DNA from: Candidatus Latescibacterota bacterium
GTDB taxonomy: Bacteria; Latescibacterota; UBA2968
Length of the DNA: 64,000 bases
Assembly: GCA_965116885.1 (NCBI GenBank)
Contig: OZ220741.1
Location: 3,360,001-3,424,000, forward strand
Reading direction: 5' to 3'
Shown piece after piece: positions 51,212 through 60,136 of the stretch (its first letter is position 1; every line of letters begins with the position of its first letter). The translations under genes and the position numbers were made by a program. The notes under the pieces were generated by a model, which was not told the origin of the DNA, searched no databases, and saw only the letters and a program-made list of their open reading frames with translations.

Positions 51212-52387
51212 TCAAGGTTCTACCTTAAGGGCGGCGATCACAGTATCCAACTTTTGTCCAACGCGGGGACTGCCCCCTGTTTGGTTATAGACCACAACGC
51301 CAGTCGCATCGATAATGATGTGACGAGGATATACTCTCCCAAGAATTTCTCTCAATCTATCAGAACAAAGCGTGATCTGATAGTCGAATTTATGATTCTT
51401 AAAAAACTCTTTTAATTCGGTAGGCGTATTGTCTGCAATTGCCAGAAAGATTACCCTATTAGAAGCATACTTCTCAACCAAATCATTGAGGCCTGGCATC
51501 TCCTCAATGCAAGGCGAACACCGAATATGCCACCAATTGAGTACTACAATATTTCCTCGGAGATTGCCGAGATTGAGGATATTTCCATCAAGAGTTTCGA
51601 TACTTAAATCTGGCACAGGGAAACCAGTATTGATATTCAAAATTGTCTTCGTTGGAGCCAGTTCCAATTTGTGTCCATCTGAAGATATTTTGGCGATTTC
51701 ATATGCTGTTGAGCCCAATGGAAAAGGCTGATTGATGGCGTAGGATTCAGTTCTCCGAAATATGCCAAGCGAATCTACTGAGCCTTCTGCTTGGAAATGT
51801 CCATCTCCATCCTGGTCAATCAATATTAGGCCTCTGCTTGTTTTCTGGAAGGAAAACTTGTTCTCAGGTGTAAGCGCGATTTTAACTTTTTTTCCGCCAA
51901 CAGTGATAGCACCAAGCCGAAAATCAAGTCGTCGATACATCAGCATTTTTTGGATCGGATAGTACCGGAAGGCGAGCAGGATCTTCGGCACCAACCCTTC
52001 ATCTCTGGGAATTTTGAGTGTTCCAGTATAGTACTCGTGTCCTCTGGATTGATGCAGCTCAAATGAAATCTCGGATGCTGTCTTAGCCTGATTATCGACC
52101 ATATAGAACGATAATTTTTCTGCATTTGCTTTGCCCCAAACCAGCATTAATGAATCGGTCTCGCTAAGTTCGATATTAGCTTTCATTGGATCGGTAAGTT
52201 CGGGTATGTAAGGTATCTCTTCGACAAGCTCCCTTACACCTATACCGCTATATGAATAAGTTGACGATAATAAAGCACTACAGGTGTCCATCCTGGCGAA
52301 AGCAAGCTCTGCGGTTATCGTTCTTCCTTGAACCTGGACAGTAGCGAATACAATTAAAAATATATTTAGGACTGTATGTGGACGCAT
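51212..52387 (-). CDS. Secreted TlpA-type thioredoxin-like disulfide reductase with N-terminal extension
   Basis: Signal peptide; VVLNWWHIRCSPCIEEMP, YPRHIIID. Confidence 0.85.
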   Translation of the reverse strand: MRPHTVLNIFLIVFATVQVQGRTITAELAFARMDTCSALLSSTYSYSGIGVRELVEEIPYIPELTDPMKANIELSETDSLMLVWGKANAEKLSFYMVDNQAKTASEISFELHQSRGHEYYTGTLKIPRDEGLVPKILLAFRYYPIQKMLMYRRLDFRLGAITVGGKKVKIALTPENKFSFQKTSRGLILIDQDGDGHFQAEGSVDSLGIFRRTESYAINQPFPLGSTAYEIAKISSDGHKLELAPTKTILNINTGFPVPDLSIETLDGNILNLGNLRGNIVVLNWWHIRCSPCIEEMPGLNDLVEKYASNRVIFLAIADNTPTELKEFFKNHKFDYQITLCSDRLREILGRVYPRHIIIDATGVVVYNQTGGSPRVGQKLDTVIAALKVEP

Positions 52388-52425
52388 TGAGATTTCTCCT
52401 TATCTGGAGTTCCTCAAATAATAAC

Positions 52426-53790
52426 TCAGCGTTTGTGTGTAGCAATCTCGTACATTTCGTTTGTGCAGGTCTTGAGGACTTTCAGGAGTTCGGGATACGG
52501 TTCGCCGTAGCCGGTGAGCAATCCAGAATGCTGGCGGTCCTGTTTTTGGGCGACCAGGTTGGAGGCATCGATCAGGCCGCAATAGTGCCAACCAATAAAT
52601 TCTGGACGCGCAAAGGCGTTTTGAAAGAACTCAGCGGTCCATTCGGCTCGCTGTTCAATGTTGTCGGCTACGGGACCGTAGGGGCGCGGCATGGTGTCTG
52701 TGATCATCGTGAAAGCAGAATCGCCATTGATCAGCGGTTTGTCGGCAGTCCTGTACCAGCGATCTAACCCGGGTTTTTGCACTTCGTATCGGGCATACAT
52801 TTGATAGAATACAATGTCGGTAAATTGGCTTGTAATGGGCAATAGGGTATCCAGCGCATCTGTGTTGGCATTGATTTTGTCGCCGACGAACAGATGGTTT
52901 GGATCGTACCGGCGGATCGCATCCCGCGTTGTCTGGTAGTATTTTGCGACGACTTTTTGGAGGAATTCAATATTGTCGCGGGTTTCGTTTCCATTGGAAA
53001 GATCGGTGTGTGGTCGCCAGTTCTCGGCTGTTTGGAGCGCGTCAAACGAATCAAATTGCGTGCCATAAGTTGCGTTGAAGTCGCTAATTTGCTCGCGATA
53101 GATATCGCGCATGGTCCGAACATAAGCCTTTTTGCCCGGTGCATCGGCACCCAAATTGCGCAATCGTCGCGGCCAGCCGATTCGCGCTTCCCGTCGTGCG
53201 CCGCCAATTACGTCGGGGCGTTCCCTGCAATCTTCTTCTGTAAATAACGGGCAGTCGGTCATGGCATAACCGAGCAGGAAGGGATCATCTTTTGCAGGTG
53301 CGGCAAACTCCTTTGCCATCTGATCGCAGTGTGAGGCAAATGCGTCTGAAAAGACATCCAAAAAATTGCTGTCGGGTATTTCTTGCTGCCAATGCGGGAT
53401 ATCGACAAAGTGAATCGACTGCATATAGGGCATAGATGGCTGCGGACGATTGACGGCTGACAACTCTGTGTGTACGCCTACTGTATTGAAGCCGTATTGA
53501 CGACATGTTTGCAGGAACCAGGTTTTGAGGGCAGGTGTGAATTCGCGGCTGTACAGATTGTCTATGCCCAAGCGTTTCTGCCAGGCTTCGCGATTGTAGT
53601 CCTGTTTCCACAGATGGGGATGCAGGTGGTTTATTCCGAAGCTCAGAAACGCATTCCCCTCGGGGGTTACAAGCCACCATCTTTCGTCTTTTTCTACGCG
53701 GAAAAAACCAGTTGCCTCAAATTTTTTGCCTGTCCAGCCGCCGTATTGATCGCGTTCGGCGGTGTTCTGGTGCGGTTTGTGTTTTTGCAT
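52426..53790 (-). CDS. Glycoside hydrolase, agarase-like
   Basis: GFFRVEKDERWWLVTPEG...GINH, GFNTVG, DDPFLLGY, IRRYDPNHL. Confidence 0.7.
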   Translation of the reverse strand: MQKHKPHQNTAERDQYGGWTGKKFEATGFFRVEKDERWWLVTPEGNAFLSFGINHLHPHLWKQDYNREAWQKRLGIDNLYSREFTPALKTWFLQTCRQYGFNTVGVHTELSAVNRPQPSMPYMQSIHFVDIPHWQQEIPDSNFLDVFSDAFASHCDQMAKEFAAPAKDDPFLLGYAMTDCPLFTEEDCRERPDVIGGARREARIGWPRRLRNLGADAPGKKAYVRTMRDIYREQISDFNATYGTQFDSFDALQTAENWRPHTDLSNGNETRDNIEFLQKVVAKYYQTTRDAIRRYDPNHLFVGDKINANTDALDTLLPITSQFTDIVFYQMYARYEVQKPGLDRWYRTADKPLINGDSAFTMITDTMPRPYGPVADNIEQRAEWTAEFFQNAFARPEFIGWHYCGLIDASNLVAQKQDRQHSGLLTGYGEPYPELLKVLKTCTNEMYEIATHKR

Positions 53791-53821
53791 TTGGGTACCT
53801 CTGAATAGTTATCAGAGTATT

Positions 53822-54673
53822 TTACTCAGCGGGAATAACTTCTCGCGTGACTTCCTGAACTTTACCGGGGTGGGTTCGTCCTCTTACCCACATAATGGGC
53901 TGGCCCTTGCCGGCGTTTTCCGGATTCATCCATTCTGCTTGCGCGCTTAAGTAGTGCGATACATAACTGCGCCTGAATCGCTGGCTGTGGTTATTGGTGC
54001 TTTTGTGCAGGAGGTGAGAGTGGAACCAGATGACGGCACCGGGGGGGACTTCTACGGGAATGCCGTCCTCATCGCGGGCATTGCGTGCGAGTTTAAATTC
54101 GTTTTGCTGTGATCCCTCAATGTCGTCGTGTTCAGAGATTGCCTGTTTGTGACTGCCGGGGATTACGTAGAGGCAGCCGTTGTCGCGATCGGCGGGGTCG
54201 ATTGCCGTCCATGTGCCGACGGTTGTCGCTGTTCTGAACCGCCTGCCAAAGTAAAATTTGTCCTGGTGCCAGGGGAATCCCAATCCGATTTCGGGTGCTT
54301 TCCAGATGAAGAGGTTGTTGATGCCCAGAATGTCTGGGCCGAGAATATCAGCAACCGGGTCTGTCAGGCGTGGGTCGCGCACGCGGACGAGGAATTCCGG
54401 GATGTAGCAACTGGGGTGGTGGATTTTGTGCATGGCGTAGATACCCGATTGTTTGTGTTTGCCGTCCCGGACAAGGGCATTGCGGTCGATGTGAGCCATT
54501 GGCATTTTTCGCTTTCCTGCGACAATGTCTTCGGCGACCTGTCGCAGGTCGTCGTTTTCTTCCTGTGAAAAGACGTTTTCCCGCACAAAATAGCCATTGC
54601 GTTTCCAGTGCTGAATTTCATAGGGTGTCATGCGATTGGCATTTATTTTTAATGGTGTTGCTGGGTTTCCCAT
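53822..54673 (-). CDS. PhyH family dioxygenase
   Basis: PWHQD, WTAID..NGCLYVIPGSH, LLHKS, RRS. Confidence 0.92.
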   Translation of the reverse strand: MGNPATPLKINANRMTPYEIQHWKRNGYFVRENVFSQEENDDLRQVAEDIVAGKRKMPMAHIDRNALVRDGKHKQSGIYAMHKIHHPSCYIPEFLVRVRDPRLTDPVADILGPDILGINNLFIWKAPEIGLGFPWHQDKFYFGRRFRTATTVGTWTAIDPADRDNGCLYVIPGSHKQAISEHDDIEGSQQNEFKLARNARDEDGIPVEVPPGAVIWFHSHLLHKSTNNHSQRFRRSYVSHYLSAQAEWMNPENAGKGQPIMWVRGRTHPGKVQEVTREVIPAE

Positions 54674-54724
54674 ATATAATCTCCTGAGTGTTTTTGGGTT
54701 GGGAGGTTGAAAGCCCCTTGTCCT

Positions 54725-55039
54725 TTATACCTTAAGTCCTATGTCATGTGGTTCAATCGTCTCTAATTCTTGAGCTTCAGATTGGATCGTTTGATACAGA
54801 TCCCAGCGAAGTTGGAGATTCATCCAAAACGCGGGTGACACATCGAAATATTTTGCCAGACGCAGGGCTATGCTCGGCGTCATACCGCGGTGACCATTCA
54901 CCAATTCGTTGACCCGCTGATAAGGAACATGAATGGCGTCAGCCAATTCGCGTTGCGTTAAACTCAAAGGATTTAGAAACTCCTCCAGCAGCATCTCACC
55001 TGGATGAGTTGGAACACGATTTGTTGGAATACGTACCAT
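54725..55039 (-). CDS. higA: HigA-type (addiction module antidote) antitoxin
   Basis: PTHPGEMLLEEFL, QRVNELVNGHR, FWMNLQ. Confidence 0.93.
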   Translation of the reverse strand: MVRIPTNRVPTHPGEMLLEEFLNPLSLTQRELADAIHVPYQRVNELVNGHRGMTPSIALRLAKYFDVSPAFWMNLQLRWDLYQTIQSEAQELETIEPHDIGLKV

Positions 55040-55062
55040 AATCGATACCTTTCATTCAGTGA

Positions 55063-55356
55063 TTAGTGATAGTCAATGATCTCGACATCCCAGGGGCCAG
55101 CATCCGACCACACAAAGCAAATCCGATATTGATCATTGATCCGAATACTGTGTTGTCCAGAACGCCTGCCTCGCAAGACCTCGAGATGGTTGCCCGGTGG
55201 ACTGCGTAGGTCGCGCAGTTCATCGGCTGAGTCCAGTTGTTCGAGCTTTCGTGCGGCTACAGTCCACAATGACGATGGACAAGTACCGCGTGCGGCACGT
55301 GTGTCCCGTCCATTGAAAATATCTTCAGTGCCAGTACGCCGGAATGATTGAATCAT
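55063..55356 (-). CDS. higB: HigB-like (RelE/ParE plasmid-killer type) toxin
   Basis: MIQSF, DLRSPPGNHLE, SIRINDQYRICFVW, VEIIDYH. Confidence 0.93.
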   Translation of the reverse strand: MIQSFRRTGTEDIFNGRDTRAARGTCPSSLWTVAARKLEQLDSADELRDLRSPPGNHLEVLRGRRSGQHSIRINDQYRICFVWSDAGPWDVEIIDYH

Positions 55357-55362
55357 GATCGC

Positions 55363-55391
55363 ATCATAACACGGACTCCATGCTATGTCAA
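55363..55391 (-). promoter_or_regulatory. Near-consensus sigma70 promoter with operator; leaderless toxin mRNA likely
   Basis: TTGACA-17 bp-TATGAT, 6 nt before ATG; imperfect inverted repeat ATAGCATGGA-G-TCCGTGTTAT. Confidence 0.8.
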
Positions 55392-55396
55392 ATATG

Positions 55397-55759
55397 TCAG
55401 GTGGTGGAAGCCTCACGCGCGCCGATCCAGACCTGATTGCCATCGGGATCGCGAACTCTAAATTCTGTCATGCCGTAAAAGGTTACGCGGGTAGGATCGG
55501 GTTCGAAACCAGCGGCTATCACGCGGTCTCTTAACGTTTCAATATCGGATGTATAGTAGTAAACAACGGTTGAGGCATTCGATTCCGTGCGAATCGAACG
55601 GTCTATCATCACCTGGCAACCGCGTTCACCTTCCAGCAGGGCGTGCCCCCACTCGTCTTTGCGCTGGATGATCTTGAGACCCAGGCCTTGCGAGTAGAAG
55701 GTTATGGCTCGATCCAAATCGGTTATTGGAACCATTGCGGTGATGCGATGTATGCTCAC
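55397..55759 (-). CDS. VOC/glyoxalase family protein
   Basis: ITDLDRAITFY, TFYGMTEFRVRDPDGN. Confidence 0.9.
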   Translation of the reverse strand: MSIHRITAMVPITDLDRAITFYSQGLGLKIIQRKDEWGHALLEGERGCQVMIDRSIRTESNASTVVYYYTSDIETLRDRVIAAGFEPDPTRVTFYGMTEFRVRDPDGNQVWIGAREASTT

Positions 55760-55984
55760 TGTTTTGTCTCCCTAATGATCAATCGAAAGTCGAGAACTGC
55801 CTTGTAGTACTTTGTTATCGAACCTTGGTATTTACGATAGCTGAAATTCCTTTAGACTCGACTTGGTCCATTTTAAGAGGTATATTTGAAAGTTGCGGAT
55901 GGGGAAAAGCAAAGCGTGTATTCTCTAATATCTGAAAAAAATAAATATTATGCAATTATCTGTAGGGAGATTGCGTTTTAGCAC

Positions 55985-56836
55985 ATGGAGCAGGAGATGG
56001 CAAATGCAGGTGTGAGGTCGAAACGGGAGATTTTGCTCGATACCGGATATTTTGTAGAAAAGGGCGTCCTGAGCGATTCGGATATTGCGATTTGTAAGGA
56101 TCGATTGCGAGAGATTGCGCTCTGTATTGATTTTTATCGCGATAAGATTCGGGCAATTATAGATGTGCAGGATGAGGCATACCAGAACCATCCCGATCCT
56201 CTGTTGCGATTTGATTGGATCAATGAGATTTCGTTTCGAGATCGGGTATTGTGGCAATATTCTGCTGCACATCCCAGGCTTATTGCATTGGCTATGCAAG
56301 TGTTAGGCCCCGATATTTATCCACTTAATGGCGGCGGGTTCTTTATGAAACCTCCCCGTTGTGGCGGTGAGGTACCGTGGCACCAGGATGCGAGTCCTTT
56401 CGATGGTTCAGAGGATATACCCGTGCCTGTGCTTTTCGATTTCTGGCTGGGGCTGGATGCGGCAGATGTTGAAAATGGGTGTATGGAATTGATTCCTGGA
56501 TCGCATACTCTGGGGCGTTTGGAGCACGAGCAGACGGGTAAGATTTTGAGGGAGATGGATCCCTTTAAGCAGGGATTTACCGAGGACGATGTGGTGCGTA
56601 TTGAGACTGATCCCGGCGATGTGATTGTGTGGCATCAAGATTTGATCCACCGATCTTCAGCTAATTTATCAGATCGTCCGCGGATTGGCAAAGCGAGTGT
56701 TTATATGTCCCAAGCCGATGAAGAGACGATACGGCAAATGTCCGATCCCTGGGGAGTGAATCCAAATCGACCACCGATCTGTTTGGACGGTAAAATCTGT
56801 GAACTGACGCATTTTATTGAAGCACCGGGTCTGTAA
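55985..56836 (+). CDS. PhyH family dioxygenase
   Basis: PWHQD, WLGLD..NGCMELIPGSH, GDVIVWH..LIHRS. Confidence 0.92.
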   Translation: MEQEMANAGVRSKREILLDTGYFVEKGVLSDSDIAICKDRLREIALCIDFYRDKIRAIIDVQDEAYQNHPDPLLRFDWINEISFRDRVLWQYSAAHPRLIALAMQVLGPDIYPLNGGGFFMKPPRCGGEVPWHQDASPFDGSEDIPVPVLFDFWLGLDAADVENGCMELIPGSHTLGRLEHEQTGKILREMDPFKQGFTEDDVVRIETDPGDVIVWHQDLIHRSSANLSDRPRIGKASVYMSQADEETIRQMSDPWGVNPNRPPICLDGKICELTHFIEAPGL

Positions 56837-57275
56837 ATGCTGGGAATTTTTTCATCTGAACATGTGTGGAATTTTCATCAACGATTGAAAATCCCAGTCT
56901 CTGGTAGAAGGCGATGCCGCGGATGTTGATCTTTAATACTTGCAGTTTCACAGCCTTCCCCGTAGCGTCGGCATCAGCGATAATGCTTGTCATACATGCT
57001 GATCCAATCCCTCTACCATGATACTCAGGATGGATGAAGAACTGATAAATCTTGAGAGAATCGGAAGTACAGGATGTGGAGAAGAATCCTACATCGTTTC
57101 CCTGAAATTGGATAATCCGAAAATCCTGCGAATCAAACCGCTTATTGTGTAATCCCCTCTGATGTGTATCGTCCCACCCCTCGACCTGCGCTACATATTC
57201 TCGGAATGCGGCCTTTTTTACGGCAAAGACAAAGTCGCTGTCAACTACATCTGCCTTACGGATTGTAATAGTCAT
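56814..57275 (-). CDS. GNAT N-acetyltransferase
   Basis: IHPEYHGRGIGS, LQVLKIN, FYQRLGF; 23-nt convergent overlap with PhyH gene. Confidence 0.9.
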   Translation of the reverse strand: MTITIRKADVVDSDFVFAVKKAAFREYVAQVEGWDDTHQRGLHNKRFDSQDFRIIQFQGNDVGFFSTSCTSDSLKIYQFFIHPEYHGRGIGSACMTSIIADADATGKAVKLQVLKINIRGIAFYQRLGFSIVDENSTHVQMKKFPAFTDPVLQ

Positions 57276-57309
57276 TTTGCATTCGGCCCATTACTGGCAA
57301 TTTCTCCAT

Positions 57310-57444
57310 CTAACCGAACCGCTCCTCTAACCATGCAACGGCGAAATCGGTCAGCATCAAGGTATCGCCCGAGACAATCCCCAGTTTTGATAAGTCAGAT
57401 ACCAGCTTGCTTCGCGTAATTACTGGCAAATCTATTTTCGCCAT
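57310..57444 (-). pseudogene. In-frame internally deleted aminoglycoside 3-N-acetyltransferase (AAC(3)-like) remnant, 44 aa
   Basis: AAGGAG RBS; MAKIDLPVITRSKLVSDLSKLGIVSGDTLML-TDFAVAWLEERFG* resembles the AAC(3) N- and C-termini joined. Confidence 0.65.
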
Positions 57445-57481
57445 TGCGATCTCCTTTTTAGATCAGGTTTATCATAATCCT

Positions 57482-58753
57482 CTATTTATCTAAACCAGGT
57501 ACAACTGCGCCATGTGACAAAAGCAATTCGCGCAGATCGGAAATAGGGACTTCGCGAGGTGTGGTTTCCAGACGCACAGATAATGCAGCGGCAGCACCTA
57601 CAGCTTGTCCCATGGCCATAGATGAAGCCTGTACTCGCAAAGCGGAATTCGCCAACCGATCACTGCTCACGCTGCGACCAGCGACCAGCAAATTGCGACT
57701 CTCTTTGGGGATAAGCGCGCGAAGAGGGACGGTGGGAACGATTCCTTTGGATAGCGGTCTGGGTTTGATGCCATCGCGGTCGTGGAGATCGATGGGGTAA
57801 AAAGAATAGGATACGGCGTCATCAAAAAGCCGTCCGCTCGTGTAATCTTCATGGGTTATTTGCACATCGCCAACAATGCGATAGGTCTCACGCACGGCTG
57901 TTTCTGCCTGAGCTTTCAAAACACATGCGTTTTCGCACCCTGGTAGAGAACGCACAAAACGCAGAATCCGCAATAGCGCCTGTCGCCCTGCTATGTTGGT
58001 TTTTGTATGCCTGTCAGAGGTTGATGCATCAGCACCAAATACATGCTGGGCATTTCCGCCTTTTCGAAGATAACTGATAAATCGCACCTGTGGATTCATT
58101 ACATCGCCGTGCTGCAAACGGCCATCTTTAATGGCAGCAGAAAAATGCGCCTGAATGACCTCCTCATCCAGTGATTCGACATTATAACCCCCGAGTTCAA
58201 AAATCAACGTGCCGGGTTGGGTTTCTTGTTCGCGCAAACGCGGAAAACCGATCTGCCCGACAATATTTGCGCCACCAGTACAATCAATTAACTGTTTGGC
58301 CCATATAGTGCGGCGCATGTTTTTGCCTGTGGTTTCTACTGTCCAACCCGTGTCCGTTTCTGAAACCCGAGCCGGTATTTCGTAGAAATGTAATTTCACC
58401 CCTGCTTGCGTACAGGCTTCTTCGACGAGTGCGGCATATACTGGACCGTTGATGCGAATTTGGTGCATCCAATGGCGCTCGGGAGGTACTGAAAAATCTG
58501 GCAATTTTCTACTGTCAAGTGCCACAGCTTTTGTAACGAGTTCCCATCCGATACCCGCAATAATCTGTTTTCCCCAGGCGTGAAAAAGGCCCGGAAACGA
58601 GACCCCACCCGTTGTGGTTACACCACCGAGTTGGCTGCCGGATTCAATCAGGGCTGTGCGAAGTCCCGTGCGCCCAGCTTGTACCGCAGCAATGGTGCCC
58701 GCTGTACCACCGCCAATGACCAGAACATCTACATTTTCTTTCATGTGCTCCAT
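57482..58753 (-). CDS. FAD-dependent oxidoreductase
   Basis: DVLVIGGGTAG, LGG..T.GGV, IDCTG, RETYRI, NLLVAGR, LRVQ...MAMGQA. Confidence 0.9.
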   Translation of the reverse strand: MEHMKENVDVLVIGGGTAGTIAAVQAGRTGLRTALIESGSQLGGVTTTGGVSFPGLFHAWGKQIIAGIGWELVTKAVALDSRKLPDFSVPPERHWMHQIRINGPVYAALVEEACTQAGVKLHFYEIPARVSETDTGWTVETTGKNMRRTIWAKQLIDCTGGANIVGQIGFPRLREQETQPGTLIFELGGYNVESLDEEVIQAHFSAAIKDGRLQHGDVMNPQVRFISYLRKGGNAQHVFGADASTSDRHTKTNIAGRQALLRILRFVRSLPGCENACVLKAQAETAVRETYRIVGDVQITHEDYTSGRLFDDAVSYSFYPIDLHDRDGIKPRPLSKGIVPTVPLRALIPKESRNLLVAGRSVSSDRLANSALRVQASSMAMGQAVGAAAALSVRLETTPREVPISDLRELLLSHGAVVPGLDK

Positions 58754-58773
58754 ATTGACAATCTCCCTGTACT

Positions 58774-59373
58774 TTACTCCTCAGTTTCAGTGTCGCCAAG
58801 GGGATGAAGATCAATCGGTGTGAGAATTCCGTAAAATCCGTATTTGATGCCTGACCGATCTCCTTTTCCAGGCGGAAAGTATTCTTCTATAAGTGCCAAT
58901 AATCGGCGACTAAATTCGGATGCCTGTTCTTCAGATAGCCGCGCGCGGTTGTGATTGACTGATGTCTGGAATGTCGAACCGTACAAGCCCTCGGCGACTT
59001 CGCGAAATGCTTGATTGAACTGGCTGACAACATTGATTGGCATGGCCTCTGCAATCTGGTTGTTTGCCAAGAGGTCCTGTCGAACGCGAATCTTGCCCGC
59101 TGCTGGGGAACAACGCCATTCATGGGGACCAGTTTCATCTGTCTCCAATTGTACGACACCTGTTTCTGCCAGCTTTTTCAAGTGGTATAGCATCCGGGCA
59201 TCAGTAATTTCCAATGTCTGCGAAATTTCTGCAACCGACTTTCCTTCTCCAAGGGTTTCGAGGATGAGCCAACGAAGTGGATCGGCAAGTATGTTCGCTC
59301 GGTCATCCTCGATAACGATTACTGTCTTCTTTAAAGTGTTGGTCGGGAATGTCAGTTCGCGCCATGTACTCAT
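58774..59373 (-). CDS. Winged-helix (ArsR-like) transcriptional regulator
   Basis: LADPLRWLIL...SVAEISQTL...LYHLKKLAETGVV. Confidence 0.85.
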   Translation of the reverse strand: MSTWRELTFPTNTLKKTVIVIEDDRANILADPLRWLILETLGEGKSVAEISQTLEITDARMLYHLKKLAETGVVQLETDETGPHEWRCSPAAGKIRVRQDLLANNQIAEAMPINVVSQFNQAFREVAEGLYGSTFQTSVNHNRARLSEEQASEFSRRLLALIEEYFPPGKGDRSGIKYGFYGILTPIDLHPLGDTETEE

Positions 59374-59426
59374 TCAGACTCTCCAGTCGTATAATTAAGG
59401 GATCTCTCTTTTCTCCGATTTCTCAT
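59370..59426 (-). other. 18-aa junction mini-ORF MRNRRKERSLNYTTGESE
   Basis: Starts 3 nt after upstream TGA; ATGA overlap with downstream start. Confidence 0.5.
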
Positions 59427-59429
59427 GGC

Positions 59430-60056
59430 TCAGGTTTGCTTCAGGTCTTTCATTCTTTGACTCAGCTTTGATATCCACTCGTGTCCAGGATGGCATAGCT
59501 CCAAGCATCGTCTTAGCCACTCGGCTTCCTCGTAATTGAGGAATGGCAGAGTATTCCTGAAGTCGGCGTTATTTCGATCGATCTGTAGATTATTCGCCTT
59601 GTAGAGAAGCTGAATCTGCGGAGCGAGGTAAGGTATTCCGGATTTGGCTATTCGTCCCAGAGAGGAAATTGGTCCGGTGATCGTCGGTTCGCGACGGAAA
59701 ACCCACGAATCCCCGTCTGTTTCCATAAGCATCAACTGGATTGCCCAGGGGGATTCCGGCGTACGGCGCCCCCAAATGTCATTAATGGGTGGATCCAGGA
59801 AATCGCCTTTGGACCACGTTGTAAACTCTGGCGAACTCCTGTCGCTTAGATCCCAATCAGAAAGGTGTTTCTGAAATATGAGCTGGTCATCCCTGAGGAT
59901 CAGGACATCCAGGTCCCCATGAGGACGTGTCTGATGACCGATAAAGAGATCAATGGCCCACCCGCCAGAAATCCACCACGGTGCGGATAGCCCAGAGAAT
60001 AGTTCCTGTGCCTCCGCGGGGGAGAGTGGGTCCCAAATATGAGCGGTTTCTTCCAA
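59430..60056 (-). CDS. Nucleotidyltransferase, ANT(2'')/Lnu-like fold
   Basis: WWISGGWAIDL..G.QTRPHGDLDV, PYLAPQIQLLYKA; AAGGAG RBS before TTG. Confidence 0.85.
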   Translation of the reverse strand: MEETAHIWDPLSPAEAQELFSGLSAPWWISGGWAIDLFIGHQTRPHGDLDVLILRDDQLIFQKHLSDWDLSDRSSPEFTTWSKGDFLDPPINDIWGRRTPESPWAIQLMLMETDGDSWVFRREPTITGPISSLGRIAKSGIPYLAPQIQLLYKANNLQIDRNNADFRNTLPFLNYEEAEWLRRCLELCHPGHEWISKLSQRMKDLKQT

Positions 60057-60136
60057 GTGGCTTTCTCCTTGTGTGCTACGGCAGAACTAAATTTTGCAGA
60101 AATCTTATCGCGCGTCTTCTGATTATTAAGGCTTGT

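Noticed and set aside
55760..55984. Gene remnant or ncRNA in the divergent spacer
   Set aside because: Only short frames without recognisable motif or convincing RBS; no stable structure evident
60057..60136. Further junction mini-ORF or attC
   Set aside because: No start/stop pair bridging both genes and no clear hairpin; counts as a junction lacking the pattern
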